NCBI GenBank assembly: GCA_963843575.1
Contig: CAWJKZ010000014.1
Coordinates: 320,001 to 384,000, forward strand
Length of the DNA: 64,000 nt
Direction: 5' to 3'
From: an uncultured Acidobacteriota bacterium
GTDB lineage: Bacteria; Acidobacteriota; UBA6911
Shown here in pieces: positions 41,966 to 52,879 of this stretch. How positions within the stretch are numbered: position 1 is the stretch's first letter; the number at the start of each line of letters is the position of its first letter. The notes beneath the pieces are model-generated. The model was not told the DNA's origin. It did no database searches and saw nothing but the letters and a program-made list of their open reading frames with translations. A program made the translations under genes and the position numbers.

Positions 41966-42864
41966 GTCCCCACCCCCAGGTCGTCCAACACGGAATCGTT
42001 GTCGCGCCACTTGCGGACCGTCTGAACCCGCAGGGCGAGGAATATCCTGCAACCGAGGAGTTCTTCGATGTCGCGGCGGGCCGCCATCCCGATCTCCTTG
42101 ATCTGGGAGCCTGCCGCGCCGAGGATGATCCCCTGCTGCGACCTCTTCTCCACCAGGATGTCGGCCTCGACCACCACGAGCTTCTTCGACTCGCGTTGGC
42201 TCTCGTCGAACTTCCGGATCAGCACCGCCGTCGCATACGGGAGTTCCTCGCGCGTGCGCGCCAGGATCTTCTCGCGGATGAATTCGGACGTCAGGAAGCG
42301 CTCGGTGCGGTCCGTGACCTGCTCGGGATCGAAAAGCGGGTCACCCTCCGGCAGGTAATCAAAAATCTTGTCTACCAGCAGCCCCAGGTTCTCACCCGTG
42401 CGCGCCGACAGGGGGATGAGCTCGAGGAATGCGTATTCCGCGCCGTAGCGTTGCAGGATCGGAAGCAGCTTCGGCTTCGCGACGCGGTCTATTTTGTTGA
42501 TCGCCAACAGGGCGCGGGCGCCGGAGGCCTTCACCGTCTCCAGAACGAAACTCTCGCCCGCCCCGAAGGCGATCGAGCCGTCGACCAGGAGAATGACCAT
42601 GTCCATTTCGCGCAGCGCGTCCGTCGCGGTGCGCTGCATGCGCTGGTTCATCCGGTAGCCCGGCTTGTGGATCCCCGGCGTGTCCGCGAACGCGATCTGC
42701 CCGCGTTCCTCGGTCAGGATCCCCAGGATGCGGTGCCGCGTCGTCTGGGGTTTGTTCGACACAATCGAGACTTTCTGACGCACCAGCGCATTGAGGAGGG
42801 TCGATTTCCCCGAGTTGGGCCGTCCGACGATCGCTGCGGTCCCAGATTTCATCACCCCGCCCAT
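41962..42864 (-). CDS. era: GTPase Era
   Basis: GRPNSGKSTL, PQTTR, DTPG, NKID, IREK..REELPY, KH domain. Confidence 0.96.
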   Translation of the reverse strand: MGGVMKSGTAAIVGRPNSGKSTLLNALVRQKVSIVSNKPQTTRHRILGILTEERGQIAFADTPGIHKPGYRMNQRMQRTATDALREMDMVILLVDGSIAFGAGESFVLETVKASGARALLAINKIDRVAKPKLLPILQRYGAEYAFLELIPLSARTGENLGLLVDKIFDYLPEGDPLFDPEQVTDRTERFLTSEFIREKILARTREELPYATAVLIRKFDESQRESKKLVVVEADILVEKRSQQGIILGAAGSQIKEIGMAARRDIEELLGCRIFLALRVQTVRKWRDNDSVLDDLGVGT

Positions 42865-42865
42865 C

Positions 42866-44068
42866 TCAGTTCCGCGCGGGCGCGCGCAGGCGCGCACCGT
42901 GCAGCGAGAGTGCCATCTGCAGGATGCGCTCGGCGATTGCGGACTTGCTCTGGTCCGTGAGGGTGAGGACGCCGCCGGTCTCGTCCAGGATGTGGACCGT
43001 GGAGGAATCGGCACCGAAAACACCCTGGGACACGTCGTTGGCGACCACCAGGTCGAGGTTCTTGCGCGCCATTTTTTCCCGGGCGTGGTCGGCCGCGTCG
43101 CGCGTCTCGGCGGCGAACCCGACCAGCACCTGCCCCTTCTTGGCCGCGCCGAGCAACTCCAGGATGTCGTCGTTCGCAACGAGCGGGAGCGAGATCTCGC
43201 GCGGGCCCTTCTTGATCTTGTCCGCCGCATAGTCGCGCGGCCGGTAGTCGGACACGGCCGCGGCCTTCACCACGATATCCGCACCCGGGTAGTGTTGCAG
43301 CACGGCCTCCTTCATCTCGGCAGCCGTGCGGACCGCGACCAGACGCACGCCGGCCGGGGGGCGCAGCGCGGTCGGGCCCGAGACGAGGACGACCTCCGCC
43401 CCTTGCGCGACGGCCGCCTCGGCGACCGCATACCCCATTTTCCCCGAGCTGCGGTTGGACAGAAAGCGGACCGGGTCCAGGTCCTCGACGGTCGGCCCCG
43501 CCGTCACCAGGACGGTCAAGCCGGCGAGCGCCCGCCGCCGCGCCGCGACCTGGAGGATTCGGGCAACGATGTCCTCGACCTCCGCCAGCCTCCCTTCCCC
43601 TTCCATGCCGCAGGCCAGCCTCCCCGATTCCGGGTTGACGAAGCAGTGACCGCGCTCGCGCAGCATCTCGATGTTGCGCCTCACCGCCGGGTGGTTCCAC
43701 ATTTCCACGTTCATGGCCGGGGCGAGCACCACCGGGGCGGGGCACGACAGGTAAAGCGTCGAGAGGAAATCGTCGGCAACGCCGTGTGCGAACTTGCCCA
43801 GCACGTTCGCGGTGGCGGGGACGACAGCCAGAACGTCTGCGGATTGGGCAAGGCTGATGTGGCGGATCTCCAGGTTCAGCCCGCGCGAGAACATGCCGGT
43901 GACGACCGGATTGCCCGAGAGCGATTCAAACGTCAACGGGCCGACAAACCGGGATGCGGAACGCGTCAGGACGACATGCACGGAGGCTCCCGCCTTCTGC
44001 AACCCACGCATGACTTCGACCGCCTTATAGGCCGCGATGCAGCCGGTCACTCCCAGCGCGATTCTCAA
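42866..44068 (-). CDS. coaBC: Bifunctional PPC decarboxylase/PPC synthetase
   Basis: GVTGCIAAYK, PAMN, GRLACG, TAGPT, SNRSSGKMG, GFAAET. Confidence 0.96.
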   Translation of the reverse strand: MRIALGVTGCIAAYKAVEVMRGLQKAGASVHVVLTRSASRFVGPLTFESLSGNPVVTGMFSRGLNLEIRHISLAQSADVLAVVPATANVLGKFAHGVADDFLSTLYLSCPAPVVLAPAMNVEMWNHPAVRRNIEMLRERGHCFVNPESGRLACGMEGEGRLAEVEDIVARILQVAARRRALAGLTVLVTAGPTVEDLDPVRFLSNRSSGKMGYAVAEAAVAQGAEVVLVSGPTALRPPAGVRLVAVRTAAEMKEAVLQHYPGADIVVKAAAVSDYRPRDYAADKIKKGPREISLPLVANDDILELLGAAKKGQVLVGFAAETRDAADHAREKMARKNLDLVVANDVSQGVFGADSSTVHILDETGGVLTLTDQSKSAIAERILQMALSLHGARLRAPARN

Positions 44069-44083
44069 GGGCCACCCGCAGTG

Positions 44084-44287
44084 TCAGGGCTGTTCCAGTT
44101 TCACGATTTCAAACGCCACCAATCCCTGCTCGACTTCCATCATGGCGATGTGGGCGGGCTTGTTCGACTTGCTCTTGACCTTCGGCTTCGCGTTGTTCTG
44201 CAGCTGCTTGGCCCGTTCGGCCGCGATGATGATGAAGCGGTACTTGGAGCCGATGTTGTCAGGGATGGTCTGCATCCAGTCCTCCAA
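44084..44287 (-). CDS. rpoZ: RNA polymerase omega subunit
   Basis: SKYRFIIIAAERAKQL...KPAHIAMME; located between gmk and coaBC. Confidence 0.9.
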   Translation of the reverse strand: MEDWMQTIPDNIGSKYRFIIIAAERAKQLQNNAKPKVKSKSNKPAHIAMMEVEQGLVAFEIVKLEQP

Positions 44288-44894
44288 AAGTGGCGATGAT
44301 GATCCGGGCGGCGGCCGCGCGCGCGCTCAGGCGGCAGCGGGAGCCCAGAATGATGGCCTTGAGCTCGTCGATGGACCGGTTGAGCTCCTGGTTAACGATC
44401 AGAAAGTCGTAGTCCCGGTACGACCTGATCTCGCTGCACGCGATGCGCAGTCTCTGTTCGATGACGTAGTCCTTGTCCAGCTTGCGCGCCTCGAGACGCT
44501 CGCGCAGCACCGGGTAGGAGGGGGGGAGGATGAAAATGCTCACCGCCTCCGGCCGCTTCTCCCGAATGCTGCGGGCCCCCTGGACATCGATGTCCAGCAG
44601 CACGTCGTCGCCGCGGGCGAGGATCTCGTCTATGCAACTCCTGGAGGTCCCGTACAGGTTGCCGTAAACCTCCGCCCACTCGAGCAATTCTCCGCCGGCG
44701 ATGAGCCCGTCGAACTCGGACCGGCTGACGAACCGGTATTCCACCCCGTCCCGCTCCTGTCCGCGTGGCGCGCGCGTGGTGTAGGAGATCGAAAACTTCA
44801 GGCCGGGCACCGATTCGAGCACGCAGCCCGCCAGTGCGGACTTGCCCGCCCCCGAAGGCCCCGAGACGATGAACAGGATCCCGGTCCGCGTCAT
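44259..44894 (-). CDS. gmk: Guanylate kinase
   Basis: SGPSGAGKS, TTRAPR, LEWAEVYGNLYGT, DIDVQG, FILPPS. Confidence 0.96.
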   Translation of the reverse strand: MTRTGILFIVSGPSGAGKSALAGCVLESVPGLKFSISYTTRAPRGQERDGVEYRFVSRSEFDGLIAGGELLEWAEVYGNLYGTSRSCIDEILARGDDVLLDIDVQGARSIREKRPEAVSIFILPPSYPVLRERLEARKLDKDYVIEQRLRIACSEIRSYRDYDFLIVNQELNRSIDELKAIILGSRCRLSARAAAARIIIATFGGLDADHP

Positions 44895-44895
44895 A

Positions 44896-45783
44896 TCACT
44901 CGACGTTCTGAGCCTGCTCGCGCAGCTTTTCGATGTCTGATTTCAGTGCGATCCCCAGCCGGGTGATCTCGAGATGCGAGGCTTTCGACAGGATCGTGTT
45001 GACCTCGCGCTGCATCTCCTGCAGCAGGAAATCGAGCTTCTTGCCGGCCTGTGCACCGCTGTCCATCATGGACGCGTACTGTGCGACGTGGCTGTCCAGC
45101 CGCGCGATCTCCTCGGAGATGTCCGACCGGTCGGCCATGAGGGCGACCTCCTGGGCCAGGCGTTGAGGGTCGACGGCGTTCGGGGGGAGGATCTGGGACA
45201 ACCTTTCCCTGAGCTTCCTGCCGTATTCCTCGACGGCGGCCGGCACGTGGTCCCGGATCTCGTCCGCTTTCGCGCGCATGGACTCCAGGTGGCGCGCCAT
45301 GTCGGCGCGCAGGGCCTCCCCCTCCTGGCCGCGCATGCGCACCAGCGCCTCCAGCGCCTGCCGTACGCCCGCCAGCACAGGCTCCGCCACCCCACGGTCC
45401 GGCGTCGCGTCGGCCTCCGCCTCCGCATTGCCTACGACACCCGGAAGGCTCAGCAGCGTCTTGAGGTCGAGCGCGTCGTCGAGGCTGAACTCGTCGCGCA
45501 GCCGCGCGGCCGCTTCCAGGTAGCTGCGGGCCATCGAAGCGTTGACCACGCAGTCCGGCGTCGTGTCGCGGCCGATCGTCACGGTGAGGTCGACGCGGCC
45601 CCGCGCCAGCGCCCCGCGGACGAGCTGCTGTATTTCGCTTTCCAGGTAGGCGTGCTCCCGCGGCACTCGAACGTGCAGATCCAGAAACCGGTGGTTGACG
45701 GTCCGGATCTCGACCACCACCCTGACATCCTCGGTTTGCGCCGAGCCGGTCCCGTAACCCGTCATGCTCTGGATCATCGACAT
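44896..45783 (-). CDS. yicC: YicC/YloC family endoribonuclease
   Basis: SMTGYG, VNHRFLD, DISEEIARL, GKKLDFLLQEMQREVNT, EQAQNVE. Confidence 0.93.
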   Translation of the reverse strand: MSMIQSMTGYGTGSAQTEDVRVVVEIRTVNHRFLDLHVRVPREHAYLESEIQQLVRGALARGRVDLTVTIGRDTTPDCVVNASMARSYLEAAARLRDEFSLDDALDLKTLLSLPGVVGNAEAEADATPDRGVAEPVLAGVRQALEALVRMRGQEGEALRADMARHLESMRAKADEIRDHVPAAVEEYGRKLRERLSQILPPNAVDPQRLAQEVALMADRSDISEEIARLDSHVAQYASMMDSGAQAGKKLDFLLQEMQREVNTILSKASHLEITRLGIALKSDIEKLREQAQNVE

Positions 45784-45807
45784 CCCACCATGCAAGAAAA
45801 TCAGGTT

Positions 45808-45836
45808 ATATTATCGCAAGATGATGCATATGTAAA
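45808..45836 (-). promoter_or_regulatory. Probable sigma70 promoter of the yicC-gmk-rpoZ-coaBC-era run
   Basis: TTTACA-N17-TAATAT in an AT-rich intergenic patch. Confidence 0.55.
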
Positions 45837-45873
45837 GCACAGGCAACACGTTATGGCGAGGAACGTACGGCGG

Positions 45874-47725
45874 CTACTCGAGGGCCACCCGGGTCGCCTG
45901 CAGCGCCGGCGAAGTACCGGGCAGGGTTTCCTGCCCCTGAAGCCTGCAAAACCGGCTGTACAACCCGTTGGACTCGAGCAGGCCCTCGTGGGTGCCGATC
46001 TCCCTGATGCGCCCCTGGTCGAGCACCACGATCACGTCCGCGTTGCGGATCGTGGAGAGGCGGTGCGCGATAACGAAGGTGGTCCGGTCCTGCATCAGGT
46101 TGACGAGCGCCCGCTGGACCACTTGTTCTGACTCCGAGTCGAGCGACGATGTGGCCTCGTCCAGGATCAGTATCGGCGCGTTGCGCAGCACGGCGCGGGC
46201 GATGGAGAGGCGCTGCCTTTCCCCGCCGGACAACCTCTGGCCGCGCTCGCCGATGACGGTGTCGTACTTCATCGGCAAGGCCATGATGAAATCGTGGGCG
46301 AAGGCCGCCTGTGCCGCCGCGATGATCCGCTCCTCGGACGCGTCGATGTCGCCGTACGCGATGTTGCGGCGCACGGTGTCGTTGAACAGAAACGTGTCCT
46401 GGCTGACGATCGCGATGCTGCGGCGCAGCGACGCCTGGGTATACTCGCGCACGTCCACCCCGTCGACCAGAACGGCTCCGGCGGCGACATCGTAGAAGCG
46501 CGGGATCAAGCTGACGAGCGTCGACTTCCCGGAACCGCTGCTGCCGACCAGGGCGATCACCTGGCGGCGGCGCACCCTCAGGTTGATGTCGTGCAACACC
46601 CGCGTGCCACCGCTCGCGTCGCGGTAGTGGAAATGCACGTCCCTGAACTCGATCGACTCCCTCAGCCCGCGCGAACTCGCGGGCGCCGGGACGGTCCTGG
46701 ATCTCGACGTGCGTGTCGAATACCTCCATGATGCGCGACGCGGAGGCAAACGCGCGCTGGAACTGGATATGCATCCGGCTCAGCTTCCGGATGGGATCGT
46801 ACATCCGGAACAGGGAGAACAGGGAGCCCCCGAACAGCCCGAACGTCAAGGTGCCAGCTTCGATGCGGTGGTGCGCGTAGTAAAGCAGCGGGACGAAGGA
46901 AACGACGCCAAGCAACTCCATGAGCGGCGAGTTCATGAACAGGATGCGGGCCGCCCTCATGTTGCTGCGGAAGAGGGCGGCCGCGGACTGGTGGAATCGC
47001 TCCTTTTCGTGCTCCTCCATGACGAAGGACTTGACCACCCGCACCCCGCTGATCGCCTGCTGCAGCAGGTCGTTGAGCGCCGCGATGTTCTCCCTGCTCC
47101 TGAGACTCACGCGCCGTATGCGGCTCCCCATCGACAGGGTGAGCCCCAGGGCCGCCGGCGCGATCAGCAGCGACACCACCGCCAGCTTCCAGTCGATGTA
47201 CAGCACCCACACCACGAGCGAGGCCAGCAGCACGGTTTCGCGGAACAGTTCCGCCACCGAGGTCGAAACCGCCTCCTGCACCTGCTCGACGTCGCTGCTC
47301 ATCCGCGACATCAGGCGTCCGGTCGAGTTCAGCGCAAAAAATCCCATGGACTGGCGCAGCACGTGATCGTAGAGGTCGTTGCGCACATCCATGACGACGC
47401 CCTGCCCCACGTGGCTCATCCAGTAGTTCGAGTAATACAGCGCGAGACCCTTTAGAAGCGTCAGACCGACGAGCGCGAGCGACAGCTGCGTGAGTTTCGA
47501 TCCGGGGAGCAGCGAGAGACTCCGGCGCAGCAGCTCGAGCTTCCCCGATGCCACGGCGGGCGCGGCGGCACCAGCGCTGGGGATGAGCACTTCGTCGAAC
47601 ATGGGGATGGCGAGCGCCGTCGTGAGGACTTCGAACAGACCCGCAAAAACAAGCAGGATCAGCGACGCGGTCAGGAGCGAAAGGTACGGCCGGACGAATG
47701 GGAACAGCCTGCGGAAGTCGTTCAT
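45874..47725 (-). CDS. MsbA-like ABC exporter (TMD+NBD), frameshifted near 46670
   Basis: TMD in ORF 45851-47725; NBD GSSGSGKST, LSGGERQR, LDEATSSLD, IAHRLSTI in ORF 45874-46749. Confidence 0.88.
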
Positions 47726-47802
47726 GGCTCGGGTCCGAAACCCGCGATTCTAGGCCTTCGGAACTCGCGAGTCAATGGAAAGGCCGGGGGCCGGGCGCTG
47801 CG

Positions 47803-50106
47803 TTACCGGTCGCGGCGGTGCCCCATACCGCTCTGGCCCCGGTTCGGAGACGATCCGAAGCCCGGACTCCCGCCGCGCATCCCCGAGCCGCCGAAGCCCG
47901 CGGAGGGGGCGCGCGCCGGTGGCGCCGTAATGTTACCGCGGGGGGTGTACCCGCCGCCCCTGCCCCAGGAGGGCGCAGATTGCGGGGCGGGAGCCGGCGT
48001 GTACCGGGCGGCCGGCGCCCCCGAATCCTGCCAGCGGCCCGCCTGCGGGAACCGCTGCACGCCGCTGCCGGCGCCGCCGTCGAAGCTGCGGTACTGCGGC
48101 GCCGGCGTGGCGCGGTCCGCCGGTGCACCCATGTTCTGCCAACGGTCCGCGTCCGAAAACCGTTGCGTGCTGCTGCCCGCGCCGGCGTCGAGGCTGCGGT
48201 ACTGCGGCGCCGTGTACGTCCGCGGCGCGTAGCCGAACGAGTGGCCGCCAGGATCGGAAGCCCTGGATTCCTGCCGCGGCCGCTCCGGCTGTCGTCGCTC
48301 CAGCCCCGGGGACGGCGTGCGGTCGATCCTCGGCGACGCCGCAGGTGCACTTTCCATGCGCCGCGGGGTCGCGTCGGGGCGGATGGTGGAACCCGGCGAC
48401 GTGTCCCTGCGCCCGCGGTCGATCACACCATCGGTCGCATTCCGGGGCGAGGGGGACTCCATCCTGCGCACGCCGGACGAGCCTTCCCCGGCCTGGTCAC
48501 GCCCATAGGGCCGGTAACCCTGGGTGCGCGGATTCTGCGGTGCCGTCTGGGTGGGTTGAGCGCCAGGCGCCGGTTGCGGGTTGTCGGGGGTGCGACGGTT
48601 CCAGATACTCGAACCGCCGGTACCCGCGCCCTCGCGTGAATTGCCGGGGACGGAGTAGATGCGCGATCCGCCCGACGGATCCGCCACACCCGCGCCCGCC
48701 GCATTGCGGCCGTCGTAGCGGGATCCCGCGGGGTTGGCCGCGTTCGGGGTCGTAATCCGCAGGAAGCGGTCGGGCCCCGAGGGGCGAACGGACGGCTCGG
48801 AACGCACCACAACAGCCCTCACCTCGCTGGAAGCCGGGCGCACGGCCTGGCGATCCGGCGCTGCTGCGAAGCTGCGGGCCCCGGGCTGCAGGCTCAGGCG
48901 ATCGGTCACCATGCGCCCGCCGCGCCACGGCTCGTCGGCGCCGGACACCGGGGCGATCCGGCTGCGGGCGCCGAAGCTGTCGTTCAGGAACTGGTCGGTG
49001 CGCACCGTGCGGAACGCCCCGGGGATGTGACGGTTAAACAGGTCGTCGGGTGAGCGGCGTTGCGCCAGCCGCAGGTTGTTGAGCTGGTAGCCGTAGTTGC
49101 CGCGATAATAAAAGTTGTTTACGTTGTAGTAGTCCCCGGGGCCAAGCGGCACCCAGGAGACCCAGGATGGGCCGTTATAGAACCGGACCAGGCCAGGCGA
49201 CCAGAAATTGAAGCCGAACGATGCGCCGGGGAGCCAGCACCACCCGAAGTTCGAGTGCCGGTACCACCGCCCGTAATGGTAGGGCAGCCAACCCCAAGGC
49301 TCGTAGGACACCCATGTCCAGCCCCACAGCGGGCGATAGACCCAGCGGCCTTCCCAGTATGGAGACCAGTCGGCGGCCACCTGGGACGGCACCCAGGCCG
49401 CACCATATTCGACGTCCACCCAGCGGCCGTACACGTCCAGGTCGCGCACTCCCGAATACACCTGGTCGGGGATGTAGCGCCGGCTCTGCAAGGGGGTCAG
49501 TTCTGCGTTGCGGCGGTCGTTCCACTCGTCCCATTCGTCGCGGCCGTCGTAGCGCGACAGGACGTTGGTCCCCTGCTCGCCCGGGGTGGCGTGGATGAGC
49601 TCTCCGGCCTCCGCACGCCGCGTGAAACTGTTGCTGGCCCCTTCCAGTTCCCCCTTGCGGACAATCCCGTCGCTGTCGCCGTTGTCGGCGACGTCGAAAC
49701 GGTAGACTCCCTTCTTGACCGTGTTGAAGGCCGCGGCGGGCGTGTTGATTTCGAAATCGAGGCCGCTCTGTACCGTCAGGGTGCTGAGGCCGACCAGCAG
49801 GCGCAGCTGGACGAGGTCGTCTCTCGTCGAGAGGATCTCGACGTCGGTCTTCTCGGCCAGCCGCAGGATGGATCCGTCGTCAAACTCTATCTCCGCCCGG
49901 CCGTCGGCGCCCGTGTACACCCTGTCGGCCGGCTGCAACGGCATGTTGACGCTGGCGGCAGACCAGTCGACGTCACCCGAGTGCTGCAAGCTTACATGGC
50001 CGTCGATGTAGGACAGCCGCGCGATCCTGTACTCGGCGGTGTCGGAATACGCCGCCGCGCCACCGAACCAGAGCACCAGAAGCACGAAGGATAGCCTGCG
50101 GATCAT
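47803..50106 (-). CDS. Secreted FecR-domain + DUF6600 protein with a disordered Pro/Arg/Gly tail
   Basis: GGAGG RBS; signal peptide; ARLSYIDG...TGADGRAEIEFDDG; YGRW..WxPYxxGRW..WTWVSYEPWGWLPYHYGRW. Confidence 0.85.
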   Translation of the reverse strand: MIRRLSFVLLVLWFGGAAAYSDTAEYRIARLSYIDGHVSLQHSGDVDWSAASVNMPLQPADRVYTGADGRAEIEFDDGSILRLAEKTDVEILSTRDDLVQLRLLVGLSTLTVQSGLDFEINTPAAAFNTVKKGVYRFDVADNGDSDGIVRKGELEGASNSFTRRAEAGELIHATPGEQGTNVLSRYDGRDEWDEWNDRRNAELTPLQSRRYIPDQVYSGVRDLDVYGRWVDVEYGAAWVPSQVAADWSPYWEGRWVYRPLWGWTWVSYEPWGWLPYHYGRWYRHSNFGWCWLPGASFGFNFWSPGLVRFYNGPSWVSWVPLGPGDYYNVNNFYYRGNYGYQLNNLRLAQRRSPDDLFNRHIPGAFRTVRTDQFLNDSFGARSRIAPVSGADEPWRGGRMVTDRLSLQPGARSFAAAPDRQAVRPASSEVRAVVVRSEPSVRPSGPDRFLRITTPNAANPAGSRYDGRNAAGAGVADPSGGSRIYSVPGNSREGAGTGGSSIWNRRTPDNPQPAPGAQPTQTAPQNPRTQGYRPYGRDQAGEGSSGVRRMESPSPRNATDGVIDRGRRDTSPGSTIRPDATPRRMESAPAASPRIDRTPSPGLERRQPERPRQESRASDPGGHSFGYAPRTYTAPQYRSLDAGAGSSTQRFSDADRWQNMGAPADRATPAPQYRSFDGGAGSGVQRFPQAGRWQDSGAPAARYTPAPAPQSAPSWGRGGGYTPRGNITAPPARAPSAGFGGSGMRGGSPGFGSSPNRGQSGMGHRRDR
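48001..48216 (-). repeat. Imperfect 108-nt tandem duplication in the low-complexity tail
   Basis: GTACTGCGGCGCC at 48091 and 48199; APQYRSLDAGAGSSTQRF versus APQYRSFDGGAGSGVQRF. Confidence 0.75.
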
Positions 50107-50349
50107 ACACACCTCCACGGGTGCCAGGGTTAGCCATCTAAGGACTTCACATATATGCAGATGCAAGTCCGGGCGCGAAGTGTCAGGCGGAGGATCGAAA
50201 CGGTGACCGCACCGAGGCTCGTCCCGATGGGAGCTAAACCAAACCCTGCGTTCCAATTATCGCACACCTGCCGGAGGGGATCAATCCAGCCGGCGCGGCT
50301 CGGCACCGTCACGGTCCCGCCCGGCCGCGTCGTGCGACGAGCGTCCATC

Positions 50350-52156
50350 TCAGGTGGCCCTGGCCCCGGATCCCCGAACCTCCCGGGCAAACGGTCCGAG
50401 GTCCCATCCGATCAGGGGCTGAACCGCGTCGATCAGGTACTCGCCGATCTCCCTGGCTGTGATGAAGTGCATCGCCTCGGAGGCTATCCGGCGGCAGTCG
50501 TCCAGGGACAACTGGCCGATGACGCGCCTGACAGTGGGGATCGAGGCGCAGTTCATGCTGAGTTGCCTGAACCCCATGCCCAGCAGCAAAACGACGAAAA
50601 ACGGGTTTGAGGACATCTCGCCGCATATCCGCGCAGGTTTTCCCAATCGCGCGGCAACGGCCGCGATGTGGCCCAGGCAATTCAAAACTGACGGGTGCAG
50701 CGGCTGGAAAAGGTGGGAGACTTGCGGATTGCTCCGGTCGACGGCGAGCAGGTACTGGATGAGGTCGTTGGTGCCGACGCACAGGAAATCCACCGCTCCC
50801 GCGATGGACTCGAGGGACAGCACGGCCGACGGGATCTCGATCATGGCACCGACCGGCACCCCGCCCCCGATGATGCCGGAGGCCGCGCCTATGCCCGCCT
50901 GGATCCTGCCGATGGCCGAGCGGACCTCCCACACCTCTTCGACGCTAGAAACCATCGGCAGCACGATTTCGACATTCCCTTCGGCGCCAGCCCGCAGGAT
51001 GGCCTCGAGTTGCGGTCCCAGAAGCCGCCCCCCGCCTCTGAGACTCAGGCGGATGCCTCTCAATCCCATGCTCGGATTCGGCTCCGAGACGGCGTCGGGA
51101 CCCGTCCCGACCTTGTCGGCACCGAAGTCAAGGGTGCGAATGGCAACCGGGTAGGGGTGCATTTCCCTCGCGAGCATGCGGTAGGTCTCGAGCTGGGCTT
51201 CCATTCCCGGGAAACCTCGCGGATGCCCGAAGAACAGGAACTCCGAGCGGAAGAGTCCGATCCCCTCGGCGCCATAGCGCTTTGCCACGTGCACCTCGCT
51301 CGGCAGTTCGGTGTTGGCACGCAGGCTCACCCCCGTGCCGTCCCTGGTGCACCCGCCGCCGTTGAGCTGCGCCGCGGGCTGGCCCGCGTTGTCGGCCTGA
51401 GCCAGCTGCGCCTGGAGCGAGTCGAGACGTTCCGCCCCAGGGTTAACGACGAGTTGCCCTTCATCGCCGTTGACCAGCACCATGTCTCCGGTGCCGATGG
51501 CCGCGAGCGACCCGCGCGCCTCCATGACGGCCGGTATGCGCAGGCTGCGCGCGATGATCGCGCTGTGCGAGGTGCGCCCGCCCGCTTCGAGCACCAGCCC
51601 GCGCACCTTGTTCAGATCCATTGCGGCGAAGGCCGAGGCGTTGAAGTCGCGCGACACGATGATGAGGTTGTGTGGCAGGGGGGCCCAGTGGATCGGTTCG
51701 TCCCCGGAGAGATTCTGCAGGATGCGTTCTACCACGTTCTCGATGTCCGCCCACCGTTCCCGGAAGTACTCGTCGTCGAGCGAGGCATAGGCCTGGCGGA
51801 TGCGGTCGGTGGCGTCGCGCACGGCCCATTCCGCGTTGGCCCGGTGCCGCCGGATCAGGTCGGCGATCTCCGCGATCAGGGTCCGGTCCTCGAGCATGAG
51901 CAGGTGGACGTCGAGGATGAAGCTGTGTTCCGGGTCCACCTTTTCTTCGAGCCTGGCCTTGAGAATCTCGAGCTGCTCCCGTGAAACCTGGACGGCCCGC
52001 TGCATGCGCCGGACTTCGTCCTCCACGCGTTCCGGGTCGACGAGGAGCTTCAGGATCACCCGGTTGTGGCTGTCGAGCTTGAGCGCCTGCCCCATACGCC
52101 ACTCCCGGAGATACCCCGTTTCCCTTAAGGACTCGTTCAGGCTTCGTGGCGATCAA
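50350..52156 (-). CDS. ptsI: PTS enzyme I, frameshifted near 52095
   Basis: LKGNGVSPGVA|GQA; GGRTSHSAI (phospho-His); GIGLFRSEF, GLRGIR, GTNDLIQY, CGEM. Confidence 0.93.
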
Positions 52157-52428
52157 TTTTCCTCTCCGAACTTGGCGGCGAACAGACGGCAGATGGCCTC
52201 GCCGGCCTCCACCTCGTCCTCGCCGCTGACGGTGACCACGATGCGGGTCCCCTGCGAGGCGGCGAGCATCAGGATGCCGAGGATGCTTTTCGAGTCGATC
52301 TGTTGCGGTGCCCCCTCCCGGCACAGGTAGATGCTGCTGGCATAGCACGAGGCCAGCCGCACGAGACGGGCGGCGGCGCGCGCGTGCAGCCCCAGCCTGT
52401 TGCCTACCTCCACCGTGTGCCGGATCAT
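52153..52428 (-). CDS. ptsH: HPr phosphocarrier
   Basis: NRLGLHARAA (His15) and DSKSILGIL (Ser46). Confidence 0.94.
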   Translation of the reverse strand: MIRHTVEVGNRLGLHARAAARLVRLASCYASSIYLCREGAPQQIDSKSILGILMLAASQGTRIVVTVSGEDEVEAGEAICRLFAAKFGEEN

Positions 52429-52829
52429 GAACCCAGGAACTCGCTTGCCGTGGAAATGCTCGACCGCCCCTGATCGCGCACGGTGCGCGCGAGCGACTCG
52501 AGGCTCTCCCCTTCCTTCTGGCTCGTCAGCTTGATTATCATGGGGAGATTCACGCCGGTCACGACGTCGATCCGCCCCGGGTCGTGGAAGGAAAAAGCGA
52601 TATTGGACGGCGTGCCGCCGAACATGTCCGTCAGGATCAGGACTCCGGAGCCGGACTCCACCTCGGTGATCCGCCTTTCGATGTCCTTCCGAGCGTCGTT
52701 GACGTCGTCGTGCCAGCCTATGGAAACCGCCTGGATGTGGGAGATGTCCCCCACGATCATCTCGGCAGCCGCCACCAGCTCCTGGGCCAGGTGCCCGTGG
52801 CTCACCACCAGTGCGCCGATCATATGCAT
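52425..52829 (-). CDS. PTS EIIA component, mannose family
   Basis: VVSHG, LTDMFGGTPSN, GVNLPM. Confidence 0.92.
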   Translation of the reverse strand: MHMIGALVVSHGHLAQELVAAAEMIVGDISHIQAVSIGWHDDVNDARKDIERRITEVESGSGVLILTDMFGGTPSNIAFSFHDPGRIDVVTGVNLPMIIKLTSQKEGESLESLARTVRDQGRSSISTASEFLGS

Positions 52830-52839
52830 CCCCGAAGAT

Positions 52840-52870
52840 TAGGGTCTGTTACTGAATGACAGACCCTTAG
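52840..52870. repeat. Short palindrome, second copy at 29158-29187
   Basis: TAGGGTCTGTTACTGAATGACAGACCCTTAG versus minus-strand TAGGGTCTGTCACAGAATAATAACAGGCCC. Confidence 0.6.
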
Positions 52871-52879
52871 GTTCTGCCT

